Made by a program: the position numbers and the translations under genes. A DNA stretch of 64,000 nucleotides, from positions 1-64,000 of the forward strand of contig JABANN010000091.1 in assembly GCA_013115125.1 (NCBI GenBank), written 5' to 3'. The notes beneath the pieces are model-generated. The model did no database searches, had not been told where the DNA came from, and saw nothing but the letters and a program-made list of their open reading frames with translations. The stretch comes from Perkinsus olseni (Eukaryota). How positions within the stretch are numbered: the first letter of the stretch is position 1; the number at the start of each line of letters is the position of its first letter. Positions 1-12,165 of this stretch are shown piece after piece.

Positions 1-519
1 TATACAAAGTGATCATCGAGAATAGTTAATCTAGATGGCTGCGCTCCGCTCAATCGTCGCTCGCCCTGCGACAAGACCCTCACGCGAGACCTGCTTCGAG
101 GCACGTTCTCGACTTACGCTCCCATAGGAGATCCTTGGCCGCAACAAATTTCACTCCTCATGTTATCACCTGTCTCTGGTAGGATACCAGCTGATTGCCA
201 TCGTTCGTTGTAGCAAAGTAGCGGTGCTGCCGATGCACCGCGGTTGCAGAGGGGGCGTTGCCCCTTGGACACCTTCAAGGGCCGCAGACCAAGGTGATTC
301 ACGCAGATCCTTTGTGCAGGAGCTTGAGGGTGAACGAGCGCACCGGGCGTGGGTTCATCATCAGCGTAGCTTCGGGGTCGGCTGTTTTGAAGTAGCGTGA
401 ACTGTATCATGCCTCTACTCGAATCATGCTTCCATCAACCGGGGATCTTCGGTGTGATGATTGATGTTATGGGTGTTGTCTTGTAGTAGTTTCCTCGGGC
501 CCTCTTGTCTCTCTTTCTC

Positions 520-3500
520 ATGTCCGAGGTCCGCATACCGGTCAAGCTGTTTGTAGGGAAGCTCCCATGCGACTGGGCTGAGGATAACGTTCGGAGCTTA
601 TTCGGACCGTAATAACGGGAGGCTTCGACTGTGTGCTGAGATGCGCGGCGATTGTACCATGTACAGCACGATGTACAAGGAAAGCTTCTACCTATCGAGC
701 GACTAGCGCAGCGACATCGAGGCACTCTCATCAGAGGAAATGGCATCGTCCGCCTTTTCTGGCACTTTTCTGAGCCTCTGGTGTCTTCACCACAGGAGGC
801 GGAGATTTGGGACAGAGCGGCAATCAGAACCCAGACAGATTGGCTCTCGATCTCCTGAGCTTGGTCTTCGTATTATGAGGGGGCCAAGTGACTCCATGTT
901 GATCCCTCGGTCTGATTCCGCCCTTCTCTGTGCGCCCCTTCGATGGCACCGTTGAGTAGACACCGACTGGGGAGGATGCACCCCTCTCGGGTGCTTGGTT
1001 TTTGGTTGGTCTCGAGGCTCGATCTTCCGTCAGTTACGGTGATGTTGAGGAAGTGAGCATCATCAGACCGAAGACCAATCCTGGAAAGGGACAGAAATAC
1101 GGTAGGCGATGGGCTGGAGGGCACGACAAGCGCCGCTGTGTTGAAGTAAAGGATGAGCTCCGCTTCCTCATGAGTCCTATTTGAGATAGCCTATCAGAAT
1201 TACAGTGACCCTATCGCCGATGGGGTCACTCTAATTCTGAAAGTATTAGCTAGAGTAATAGACTGAGTATGACATGTTGCAGTGAAGGGCTTCATAGTGC
1301 GTAGGTCACGGTGGAAAGCGGGGCTTTTTATCATCTACGCTCACTATAATTACAGTAGACGTTCCTTAGAGGGAGTAGAGGGGCAAGGGATTTGCACTGC
1401 AAATCATTTTACTGCAAATTTTGCAGTAAAAGGTTACAGTAGAGGGATTTGCACTAGGTGCCCTTGTGTTACACCAGTGGGGTATTTTGATGGCCTTAGA
1501 TTGGTCCAGTCTTGGTTTGCGAGTGAAAGTGTGGTAAAGAGAGTGAATATTCGAAGTGTCGACTTTAAGTTAGTTTTCGTTCCCTCGCGAGGGTGGAAAG
1601 GCCGTAGTGATCGGTCAGGGTCGTTTTCGTCATTCTAGGTTGTGCTTTTGTGAAGTACGGGGCGATACAGGAGGCAGCAGCGGCCATCGAGGGTATGGCA
1701 GGGAAGCAGACGGTGAACGAGGTACTAGTGGGCTGATGGTAGAATGTCAGACTGTCACGCACATGACCAGGGTTCTAATCCTTCATCTGGAAGTATATTA
1801 CCATACTCCTCAGAGTGCCGGCCCTCTTCAAATACAGTACGCCAACGGAGAGCCAGAAAGGCTGGGACTTCCGGATGACACGGAAGGGGTGGCTCAGAAG
1901 CTATTCGTGGCCAACGTAATACAACGGTTGAACTCGGGCTTCCGCTTGTACAGAGCCTCCTGGTGAAGTGTTCCTTGGTCGGGATTGTGATTTTTCATCG
2001 AGCTATGTTTAATCGTTACGAGATGTGACACAGATGAAAAACGTTATACCTGAAGTTTGTCTAATCGTTTTTCGGGCTTATGACGATTGTTTAGTACACG
2101 TGATAATACACTGGACTACGCAAGCAAGCATTACAGTGCGGTACGATTGAGTGGAACCAGATCTATCGTTACAGCATCGTAGAACTCTGCTTCGTTGGGC
2201 TTATCTTGGGCGTCCCAGAGCTGGCCGAGGAGCTGCGGTCAGCATGTCTGGGGATGGTGATCAGGTACCGGCCGAAGTGGATGATGGCGAACTGAGGAAA
2301 GTTTTTAGCGAGTGGGCCCTTGTCAATATCGCCCGTGCATCGCGGGAGTTGTGGAAATTCAGGTATGGTACGGTTACAGAAGCTTACTGTATTCAACCGA
2401 GGAGACCAGGAGGAAATAGGGCGGCCTTTGTGAGGTGATAGGGCGTGAAGAAATGGATTGGCCGGGAATCGAACCGGGGACCTCTCGCAGGTTCTCGAAG
2501 AAATCCGACGCCCTTCGAGCGATTGATGCTTTGAATGACAAGTTCACCTTCCCGAACAACGACCGTCCACTTGCAGTGAAATGTGCCGAGACGAAGGAGC
2601 AGAGGTACTAGGCGAAGCGAAGCGATTTTTGAATTACTGTTTTCCGAACCCGTTGAATGCAACGTTATCTTCTGGGGAACGGTTTCTGAAAAACGTCGGA
2701 GTGAATCGTAGGTTTTTGCTTTCCGTAGTTTTGAGGATGAAAATCGTGACATTTTCACGCACGATTATGTGGCCGTACTTTTTCAATTCAGAGACGCTCA
2801 TCGACAGGAGATGGACATGTCGCGTTCACAGCAGTCCTCAGCCAACCGGTATAACGGTGACAGCGGTTACGGCCCGGGCCCGGCAGGGGGATTCCGTCAG
2901 CGACCTGTACGTGGTGAAGTGCTCGTTTGCCTGACTGTGTTTCGTGCCACGCCTGTGACGCTTTTCTTGCTCAGTCCCCGCCGCCGGGACCACCTGCTCA
3001 ACCGAGGAAAGCAGGCGATTGGACCGAGTAGTACTTCGGGTGCTCACCAGACTACCTCTCCTGTGTTCGAACAGCGCTTCCAAGATTATCTTTTACACGT
3101 TGAAGTTGATCGTAGAGGCACTAGTGAGATTCGAAACATGTCTATTGAACACCCCCGCTGAGTGGAAGGAGCTGACGTATTGCTATTGAGCCATGACGAG
3201 TTGGTGAATTTCAGGTATCTGAGCCAATCAGACGGCCGGTATTACTATCACAATGCACGAACTGGTCAAACGCAGTGGGATGTTCCTTACGAGGTACTAA
3301 TTTCTGTTTCTGATACCATAAAACCGCGAACTTCTGGGCAGTTTCAAAACATGGGGCCACCGCCTGCTCCATCCCCCCAGCCCCAGCAACAGGATCGGAG
3401 GTCGGTCATGGGCTTTCGCAGAATGAAAGATACGCCTTCTATTGTAGTTACGGTGGTGGATATGGTCCTATGCAGACGCCTCGGGCGCAGCAACAGAGGA

Positions 3501-4605
3501 GGGACGGTCCTATGGGAGGTAGAATTCGGGGTTCCCAACGCTCACTGGGGAGTGCACGTCAACGGGCGACGTTACGTTTTTTATGGTATGTTTGACATAA
3601 CCGCTCTAACAAGCGCGGTACGCTGCGTGAGCAGCACCAGACGCGCTCATATGCCAACTTTCTATGAACGGGCAGAAGTATAACTGGGGAGGGAGCATGC
3701 TAATAGTAGTATACCATCGCTACCCAGTGAGTGAACCCACCCCCCAGAAGCGGGATCACTGTTTTTAATGGATGAGTTACTTATGAGCACACTCCCAGCT
3801 GAATCAACCGCAATCACGAATATGGGGGCTGGTTTGGTGATCCATTAGTACGTGTTTTGGGAGTACCACTCCTTTCCCAAATCTTATTACGCTTTTCGCG
3901 GATATTGTTAAAAGCGGCAGCCGAAGCTCCTTCGTGTTGCTTCCGTTCTCGGGTTCGGCTCCCTCGTCACAAGTCACAGTTATCATCAGTCACTCTTGAG
4001 GCCCGTCTATGGGGACACTGTGGGCGCAATGGGGGACGCTCAGCGCTAGTCTATGGTCTTCGGGAGCGGATCCTTCACGGAGTCGTCTATGGTCGAACTC
4101 TCTGCACTCCTCCTCAGCAAACGTCTTCGTTTATAATATCCCTCCGGAGTGGACTGATGGCGATCTCGTAAGAGAATTCGGCTCGTGTGGAGCAATAAGC
4201 ACTACAAGGTGAGAGAATTTTGGTGCTTCGCTCCGCTGTAAAAATTGACGTTTTTCGCTCAGAGTCATTATTGACTCCCAGACGAACCAGTCGAAGGGAT
4301 ACGGATTTGTGTCATTCCACGAAGTCCGAAGCGCTATGAAGGCGTGTGATACTATGGACGGGTTCATGACCAGCACAGGCCGAAGACTGAAGGTTCAGGT
4401 AATCTTGCTATCTTGCTCTCACTTGCTGATTCCTCAGCAATCTTTGGCAGATAAAGAAGGGAGAAGAAGAGGCTGCTGCTCAAGCGTTGGGGATACCTGT
4501 TAGCCAGGTCAAAGCTCATGGTAAGCAAAGGTCTGCCGCTCGTTTTTTCATCCGAGATTTTCAGCGGACCATGGCGGGTCGGGTAACCGAGCCACTCCGT
4601 ACTAG
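520..4605 (+). CDS. CELF/Bruno- or FCA-like RNA-binding protein, 3 RRM domains plus a WW domain (multi-exon)
   Basis: Manual splicing gives MSEVRIPVKLFVGKLP..|YGDVEEVSII..|GCAFVKY (RRM1), QKLFVAN|VPAEVDDGELRKVF..AAFVR|FSKK (RRM2), DWTE|YLSQSDGRYYYHNARTGQTQWDVP (WW), ANVFVYNIP..SKGYGFVSF (RRM3) and a C-terminal RATPY* with TAG at 4603-4605. GT-AG phases are consistent where checked. Confidence 0.9.
1194..1240. repeat. near-perfect 47-nt palindrome with 1-nt centre, inside an intron
   Basis: TCAGAATTACAGTGACCCTATCG-C-CGATGGGGTCACTCTAATTCTGA. Confidence 0.85.
2454..2490 (-). pseudogene. tRNA(Ala)-like 3' half, antisense within intron 2435-2490 and ending at the 3' splice site
   Basis: Minus strand reads CTGCGAGAGGTCCCCGGTTCGATTCCCGGCCAATCCA-TTTC: anticodon-stem 3' strand, variable loop, B-box/T-arm, acceptor strand with U70 and A73. 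No 5' half is present. Confidence 0.7.
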
Positions 4606-5193
4606 GAATGCTGTTGTACAGTAGAGAATGAACCAGCTTCAGATGACACTGCTACTGCTTCCGTCTCTCATCGAGAAGGTTTGAGTTGTAGAGTTATCAG
4701 CCGAAGGGGAGCTGCCCCTCCTATACTAGTTTTCTCCGTGTGCGTGAGTTTAGTCCAACGCCGGTTCAGGCTTTGTTAGGCCCTTCCCGATGTGCTCAGT
4801 TAGAGACTCTCTGTAGCGTTGATACGCAGTGGGATTAGATGGTTTGTTAAGAACTTTTCCGTATGGACTTCGGTTCGTCAATGGTGGCTAAGTGAGCAGC
4901 ACAGGTCTCGGAGGCAGCCTGCATTATGCAGAGGTATTCAGTAACTCGAAGATTATCGTCGGACTCCGTTACTGTTGCCCAGCTGGTGCACAGGTCTCTG
5001 CATGGAATCAGTGAGCACCTCGAACTGCTCACAGCAAGCTATACGTGGACTGGGGATGTTCTCGCATCGCTTGACTCGAGACGCCGAAGCAGTGGTACCT
5101 TGGCTCAGCTTGACGCTAGTGAATGACTTTATCAGTGCTATGCCGATAGAATCTCTGGATTCCACTCAACCATTGTCTTGAGTTCCCTTAAGG

Positions 5194-6519
5194 TTGACGC
5201 TTCCAAGAGACACTCTCAAACCCCTCGTTTTTGTTTTGATGGTTTCTCCTCGAGTTTTGACCTGGAAGGCCACCGTGGTGATATCTCGCCCCGGCATGTG
5301 GTTCGTCCTCATTTGGTTCTACCTCTGGCCCACTGGTGGTTATTGGAGTGTCTTCCACAGCTTCCCCTTCTACATCGGTCTGCTGTCGTCCACTCTACCG
5401 CTCAACCTGCTCATGTTCGGTATAAACGACATGGTAGATTTCGATGTGGACCAGTTGCACACCCGTAAGGGCAGCTACATCTTCGGTGCTAGGGCGAGCA
5501 GGTCTGAACTAGCTCAGCTTCCCTTGCTCATGGCCGTCATTATTCTATGTCCGATCGTCGTTCTCGCGGTGATGGCCACGGAACGAGTGAATTCCGCTCT
5601 CTGGGTCCTCTGCTTTCTACTGTGTAACATAGTGTACAACGTACCTCCAGTGGCATTAGCTCGTAAGCCTTACGACGTAAGGGCCCTTGGGAGCTCCCCT
5701 GTGTGCTCCTCGGGGTATCATGCATTACTCTGTTCTCATGCGAGATCAACAACCTCCCTATACCATCAATAGGTAATACCCCACCTTGTCTAACCTCGTT
5801 CTATGCTCGACAGATTCTCAGTCTCTTCCTGGGTTGAACTGGTGGAAACTGTCACCTGAGGGCACCCTGGCCGGTTCGACACAAATTTTGTCCCCGCTCA
5901 CGTGGAATGAACACATGAGGCATGAAATATATTCAGGTGGATGGCTATTTCACTGGTTGGCGATGACACGTGGCCAGCTACATGGGGAGATGGTCGATAT
6001 CGAAGGCGATGCAAAATGCGGGAAGAACACCACAGTTGTGAAGCTCGGCCGCCTGAAGGCTCAATGGCTCATGTGGACACTGACTGCGTGTGCAGCCCTC
6101 GTAAGATATTGATCACTGAGTGACCTATGTTTTATGGCTCGGCCTCGAGGGAAGTGCTCGATTTCCTAAATCCAGTGTGGGTCTTGAAGATGAAATAGTA
6201 ATTCACTCACTGAATTTCAGTAGTTGAGTAATACTGTGATAATACACTAGAATCCAAAAGTACTGACATTCGAGTTGTGGCAACTCGAACGACCCCGATA
6301 TTCGTCCACAGTTTCTACCCGTTTATTCAGGTGACCTACATCCTATTGGGCTCTGTGGTGCTAACTACCTACTATCTCATCGATCTAGCGCTATCAGTCT
6401 ACGGCCATACGCGGGGAGCGGGGAGCCTAGAGAAAGATACAACCACCATTTTCAAGGTGCAGAGTATCTTAGGAATCCTCTACCTCTTCTTCGCATGGTC
6501 CAGTCAAGTCTTCGCCTGA
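5194..6519 (+). pseudogene. UbiA-family prenyltransferase, CrtEb/LyeJ (lycopene elongase)-like; frameshifted by a net 14-nt insertion at 5661-5682; 5' end uncertain
   Basis: Motifs SRPGMW, GINDMVDFDVDQLHTRKG (NDxxDxxxD), YNVPP and EMVDIEGDAKCGKNTTVVKLG, plus several TM segments. The natural continuation RKGPWELPCVLLGVSCITLF..PSI lies in a different frame after 5676 and splices in phase (donor 5773) to GGWLFHWL. Confidence 0.8.
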
Positions 6520-8203
6520 GTGAGAAGTTGAAGGCTCAGAAGCGTGTTATGGCATGGTTAGTTCTCTCAATATCTTTCTCACAGTACCGCCGGATTTCGT
6601 TGAAAGTTACTCCGGCAATCAACTGCATAGTAATTGCTACCCCGTTTGCCAATCAGAGGTCTAACCGTGCAAACAATACCCTATGAAAAATCGGAGACTC
6701 GCCATTGTGCCTTCGTGACGGCGAGCAGCACATCCGCCCGCGCTCGTGCAAAACCTGAGCCTCATATTCGAACCTAATCGGGTGTATATATGAGCGCTGA
6801 CTGGGAAACGGAAAGGTGTAGGATCAAGACTTACGTGAGCAAATTTTGAAGCATTTTCGAGAAAAGATGGCGTGATGCCATTGAAGTGAAAATCAATCGG
6901 TAGATTGATTCATCCCAGTGTAAGATCGTACTTCCGTACTGATCTGATCCGATTTAGATCTGATCGATCGGTAGATCTTTTGTGATTTGGAGTCACAAAT
7001 TGGGGCTAGAATGCCTCAGGGTGGCCTTCCGGGTGCGTCTCACTCATCACGTTACAGTCACCGTGCGGAGGGCCTCCGCACGAGGCGCCTGCGCTGTTGG
7101 CAATCGGGCATCACTCCGGTTTCCCGGATGTGCACCAGTTTCCCATTACTCGCGGCATCACCACTCTGCCTCTTTCTACACTTCTCTAAGAAGTGACGAA
7201 TACTGTGAACGTCCGGAATCCCCACCTGTGTAATATTGTATCCCTTTTTCCTCCCAGCCTCGCTACCGGGTTCAACCCGGCGGGTAGTCGCCAGAGCCTG
7301 CCGCCTAGTGGCCAGGCGATCCACAATTTAACTACCGCTAATACTCAGGGTATCAGCGCTGAATCACCGCCGGTGATCAAATCGCCGATAGCGCAGTACC
7401 GGCAGGCTGGGGGGATCCTAGAGGAATATACAGGAGTTCCTGAGGAGCTTTGTCCACGGAATGGCCAACTCGCTGCGAGATACTTGCACTACGTCCCCGC
7501 GCTTTCGGCCGCCCTGCGGGCCTTCCTCACTGATCATCAGTGACTGATGTACACCTGACCTTGCCCAGGTGGCCCAGGCTAGGCCGACCACTTCTCGGAT
7601 GGGCTATCGCTTCGAGAGCCTTCGATCGCGACTTCGCTGCCCTCGTCCTGCTTCTCTTGTCCGCTCCACTCGCGCGGAGCTCAACTTCCTGCCCGGCAGG
7701 AAGTCGCAGGCATGTGGCCGGATGTTGGCCTCACGGACAGAGTTCTGCGCGACCATCGCGCTGCGATGCCCAAGAGTCTTCCCCAGCCATCGATGGGGGT
7801 CAGCTATCATATAAACAGCTTTTCTTTCCAGCTCTTCTTTGCCGAAGGAATACTCTTGACTTGCAACCTGCTTCTACGATGATCGTTGTACGATCGTGAA
7901 CTCATCTTCTCATACTGACTTTCAGGTTGTGAAATACACTTTCTACGTCGCCGTCGTCAGTGTGTGGCATCATCATATATGTGCAGAAGGACATCATGTC
8001 ACCTCTGCATCACGTCTGAGCCTCAGACCTATTGAATAGGTCATTTTATGTGAGTCATACAAGAACATAACAGGTTTGATGTTGGATGCAATACTGGCGG
8101 GAGCTTCGCTTATGGTGTCAGTCACGCTCTGCTTCAACAGTCTTACAGTCAACTCTACTGGTGGCGCTTGAGGTGGAGGTATCTTGAGACTAGAGCGAAG
8201 TAG

Positions 8204-8847
8204 TTATAGTACTGCCGGGCAGTAACTGCCCGCAATACCAGCGATGCAGCGTGTAGTAGTGGTGGCACAGGGCGTAGTAGTTGTGGCACAGGGCGTAGTG
8301 GTGGTGGCACAGGGCGTAGTAGTGGTGGCACAGGGTGTAGTAGTTGTCGAGGTAGTAGTTGTAGTTGTGGTTCTGGTTGTAGGAGCATTTGTTGTTGTGG
8401 GGGCAACATTGTATCGATAAATATCATATCCCGTAGTAGCGGTTGGAACATGCAGATACTGATATCCATTCTCTATGTAGCAATCGCTGAGAAAAAACTC
8501 ATCATAATATCCGGCCGAATCCTTCACGATTTGGTCACATGAAGAGTTCAGCGTCATGGCAAATCGTGGCGAGCTGGTGCTCTGCTGAAGCTCATATCCA
8601 CAATCATATTCACCTTCACGTAGGTGGCCTTTATAGGGAGTTATGTAAACCCTACCGCCCCGCTGGCGAGTGAACTTGAATTGGAGGATGTCTGGCTCGC
8701 CACTAGAAGAAGAAGAATAGAAGGTGTAGGTTTTATCGATGGGAGATCCCAGTCCACCAGAAGGGTCTTCATTGTCACCGAGGAAGACCTCAGAATGCAC
8801 TGAGCGGCAATGAAGATGAAGTACAGACCAGTTAGGCGGAGGTACAT
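8204..8847 (-). pseudogene. secreted protein with Thr-rich mucin-like tail (TTTTPCA repeats); 1-nt frameshift just after the signal peptide
   Basis: The signal-like MYLRLTGLYFIFIAAQC is in one frame and the body plus tail in another. The paralog at 10053-10493 is continuous across this point (TGCGGCCCTGAG versus TGCATTCTGAG). Confidence 0.7.
8255..8345 (-). repeat. 21-nt coding tandem repeat encoding TTTTPCA, about 4 copies
   Basis: Repeated GTGGCACAGGGCGTAGTAGT-type units on the + strand. Confidence 0.9.
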
Positions 8848-10052
8848 TGAGTGAATGTGGAGTTAAGCTGAAGTGATGGATTCCTCAATACGACGGAAGG
8901 ACTAAAACGCCATTGATCGGTGTGGCAAAGCTGTGCCATTCAAACTCGGGAGGTGGGAATGTTGTCCCCGGCCCGGGGACCCCGGGAGTATCATATCTCG
9001 GGACGCAAAGGGCCATTGATGACCATGTTGAATATTGTATCTCGTTTAAGCTCCTTAGGGAGTGTCTTGAAGCCTTGGATTATGATGACTGATTGTTAAA
9101 CTTGTGCATCACGCTCATGCTTCAGCTCATCGTCGCTCGTCGTTGTGCGGATCCCTGTCTAAGTTAGACAGTCTCAGTTAGGCATATCGGATAGACCCGC
9201 CGCCAATACCAATCCTGGGCTTCTCGAACCCGGCTATCCGTCGGGATATTCGCGACCGGCATATTCTGTCGGTCAGGTTCTGAACACTCAGAATCCGACC
9301 AACAACATAGTCGAGATAATCGCTTCCGTGCCACTCTTTCCTAACGCAACCCTTCCCGTATTGATGGGGTCCACATCATGGCAACTCGTACATCACCAAG
9401 TATGGACCTTACTACGTGACTATTGTAGCACAAACCAAGCGACGAATAATGGTGAAGTTGGTTCGAGCAACTTCATCGGGTTGCTCATAAGTTATGAACA
9501 TCACTGAGCATATGGATTGATGCCTCTCGCGGTGACTGAGGAGGCTACCGGGCCACCACGGCCGGGAATTCGGAGTTCCTTGGTGATGCCATCCAGCCGC
9601 AAGTCAGTCAGTCAGGCCGTTCAGATATTCCTCTGAGGCAAAGCAAAGGCCGGATGATAGGCGTGTCCGAGGTAGGGGCGGTGCCCCTGGGACACAGCTT
9701 CTAGGGCACTGCGGCTCGCACACTGGGAGTAGTGCACGAAGTTGACGATACAAATCGTCCGTCTCTAACGAGTCATCAGTGATGACTGAGTCATCATCGT
9801 GATCGCCAATTAATGTTAAAGAGAGGGCCGAAGAGCCAATGCCTTGTCCGCCACGGAACAAGGGGTAGTGTCTGATGCATTCCTGGTCGAAGAGCAAGCC
9901 CTGAATTGGGCGGCATGCCTGCGCGGAAGACCGGTTACAGCAGGGATTCGCACAGAACGGTATGGTATGGCTCGCACAACGACGAACAGTGAAGACTTCG
10001 TTGGCAAGCATGATAGAGATTATGAACTTCCAGTTTTCGCACTAACTATCAC

Positions 10053-10493
10053 TACCTTCGCCTAACTGGTCTTTACTTCATCTTCGTTGTCGCTAAGTGC
10101 GGCCCTGAGGCCTTTCGCGGTGACAATGAGGATTCTTCCGGTGGACTGGGATCTCCCGTTGATAAAACCTACACCTATTATTCCTCTACCACTGGTGAGC
10201 CAGATATCCTGCAATTCAAGTTCACTCGCCAACAGGGTGGTAGGGTATTTATAACTCCCTATAAAGGCCATCTAAAGAAAGGTGAATATGATTGTGGATA
10301 TACTCTTGACCAGGGCAGCGGTGCTCAACGCTTCACAGTGACGCTTAACCCTCCATGTGACCAAATCGTCGAGGATTCGGCAGGTTATTATGATAAGACC
10401 TTCCTTACTGGTTGCTATATAGAGAATGGATATCAGTATCTCCATGTTCCGACCGCTTCTACTGGGGTGGACCAATACCAACTTCAGAGATGA
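10053..10493 (+). pseudogene. inverted paralog of the 8204-8847 gene; open frame but no in-frame ATG and no Thr-rich tail
   Basis: Translates YLRLTGLYFIFVVAKCGPEAFRGDNEDSSGGLGSPVDKTYTYYSSTTGEPDILQFKFTRQQGGRVFITPYKGHLKKGEYDCGY..YQYLHVPTASTGVDQYQLQR*. The codon matching the ATG is CAC and there is an upstream in-frame TGA at 10023. Confidence 0.75.
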
Positions 10494-12165
10494 TACGTGT
10501 GATCCGTTTGGGTGAAGGTTGAGTGAAATCTTAACATGGGTCTCGTAGCACGAGGAGCCCCAGCTGAGCCGATGATACCAATATTATGACCGATGAATCC
10601 AATTCTTGACCGAACGTTGTATCATTAACATCGTTGAACGATCCTTTCCATGATTTTATGTGGTAACCATCACACAAAAGTACTGTAGGAGTACCCATTA
10701 CGAGATTTATTGATGTCGTCCTCTGATAGAGGACCTCCGTTGATACTAGTCATCAGTGATGACTCATCACACTGGACTAGGAATGATCCCTATGCCTTTA
10801 CTGGTTGAGTTGTACAGTAACGAATTGAGCCAATGCTCGAACACCAAGGAAATGACTGAAAAAAAGGGAGAAAGACGGGGAAGAACTGTGTCTTCATGGT
10901 TATGAAAGACTCTTGACTCTCGAACGAGCGATGGGAATACGTTACATATTCGTTACGGGAATACGTATTATACGTAGGACTTGCAAATACTCGATCCCGC
11001 TGACGAGGTAGGTCAGCTGAAGAGTAGAAAATTCAGGCAGAGAATTGCGGTAATTCCTCCGTGGGCCGAATCGCATGAAGCATCGCATAATGCGGAAGTC
11101 TTGTGACGTGACTGATGAAATGTGCTGAGGGTGGGTCCCACCCGGTGGGAAATTGGTGTCACCAACTTGGTGAGTCACTCGCCGTGAATGAATAACTTGG
11201 ATCCTAACTTGGAAGCGTACGATCCTCATACTACCGAAGATCCTGCCAGAGTCTTCTCATGTAGTGAAGAGACTTTGTGAGAACCGCAGCAGTTGAGTCA
11301 ACTTTTTTACAACTCAGTTGACGAGAGGCCTTTGTAAGCCCTGAAAATAGTATGAAGCTTGTATCAGAGAAATGAAGTGGCGCTAGATGCTTTAGAGAGG
11401 GGGGACCAAGAGAGAAGGGACGATAGGGGAGGTGGAGAATGGAAATGCCAGATGGGGCGACTCTGAAATTATGTGAAAAGATAAGGACCTGTGTATCCCC
11501 GAGGATGAGCTATTGTCAGAGTGATTCAAGAATCTGAAGAAAAGTAGGAAGGCATTGCGTATTAAAGTATGAACATTCTGACGGGGTGGATCCCCAGGGG
11601 ACCTCGGGGACAATTCTGGAAAGTCGACACAGTAATGTAAAAGTCGAAAGAGGACCAATAAATGAACAATGTTGAAGATCCTCGAAGGCGCCGCCTTCTA
11701 CTAGAGCTTTCCGCCTACACGGGCCTTGATTTGAGGCTGAGGAAGTCGATACCAGGAATCCCTATAAGAGTCTCATAATAATGACTATTAGATACTGATA
11801 TGAGAGTCTCATCATAGTCGGCTCGTTAACGCCGACAGGAAGAGCGCTATTAGCGATTCGCGAACCCATGCAAATGTGGGAGCCAGTGTAGTCACTACTC
11901 AGACTCTGAGGCATCAAATGAGCCCACGGCGGCAGGAAAATAGTGCCTGAATACTTTTATTCTCCTTACTACGCAGCCATATACAGTATGTGCTGAACTT
12001 CAGATCGGAGTGCGTGCAATTAGCGTTGCTAAGTTAACAACGCCTTCAGTCTGAAGGCTTCAGACCAAGCACAAAGTGAAGAAGTTGATGTAGCCACCAG
12101 TAAGATCCAAGAGCTCTGCAACCTACCTCCATCTTGGGATGTAAATTACATCGGATGTACATCAT

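Noticed and set aside
5663-5681. 19-nt micro-intron rescuing the UbiA frameshift
   Set aside because: Removing 19 nt does not restore the frame (14, 17 or 20 would be needed).
6982-7899. GC-rich overlapping ORFs, possibly a retroelement remnant
   Set aside because: No recognisable domain motif, so no call can be supported.
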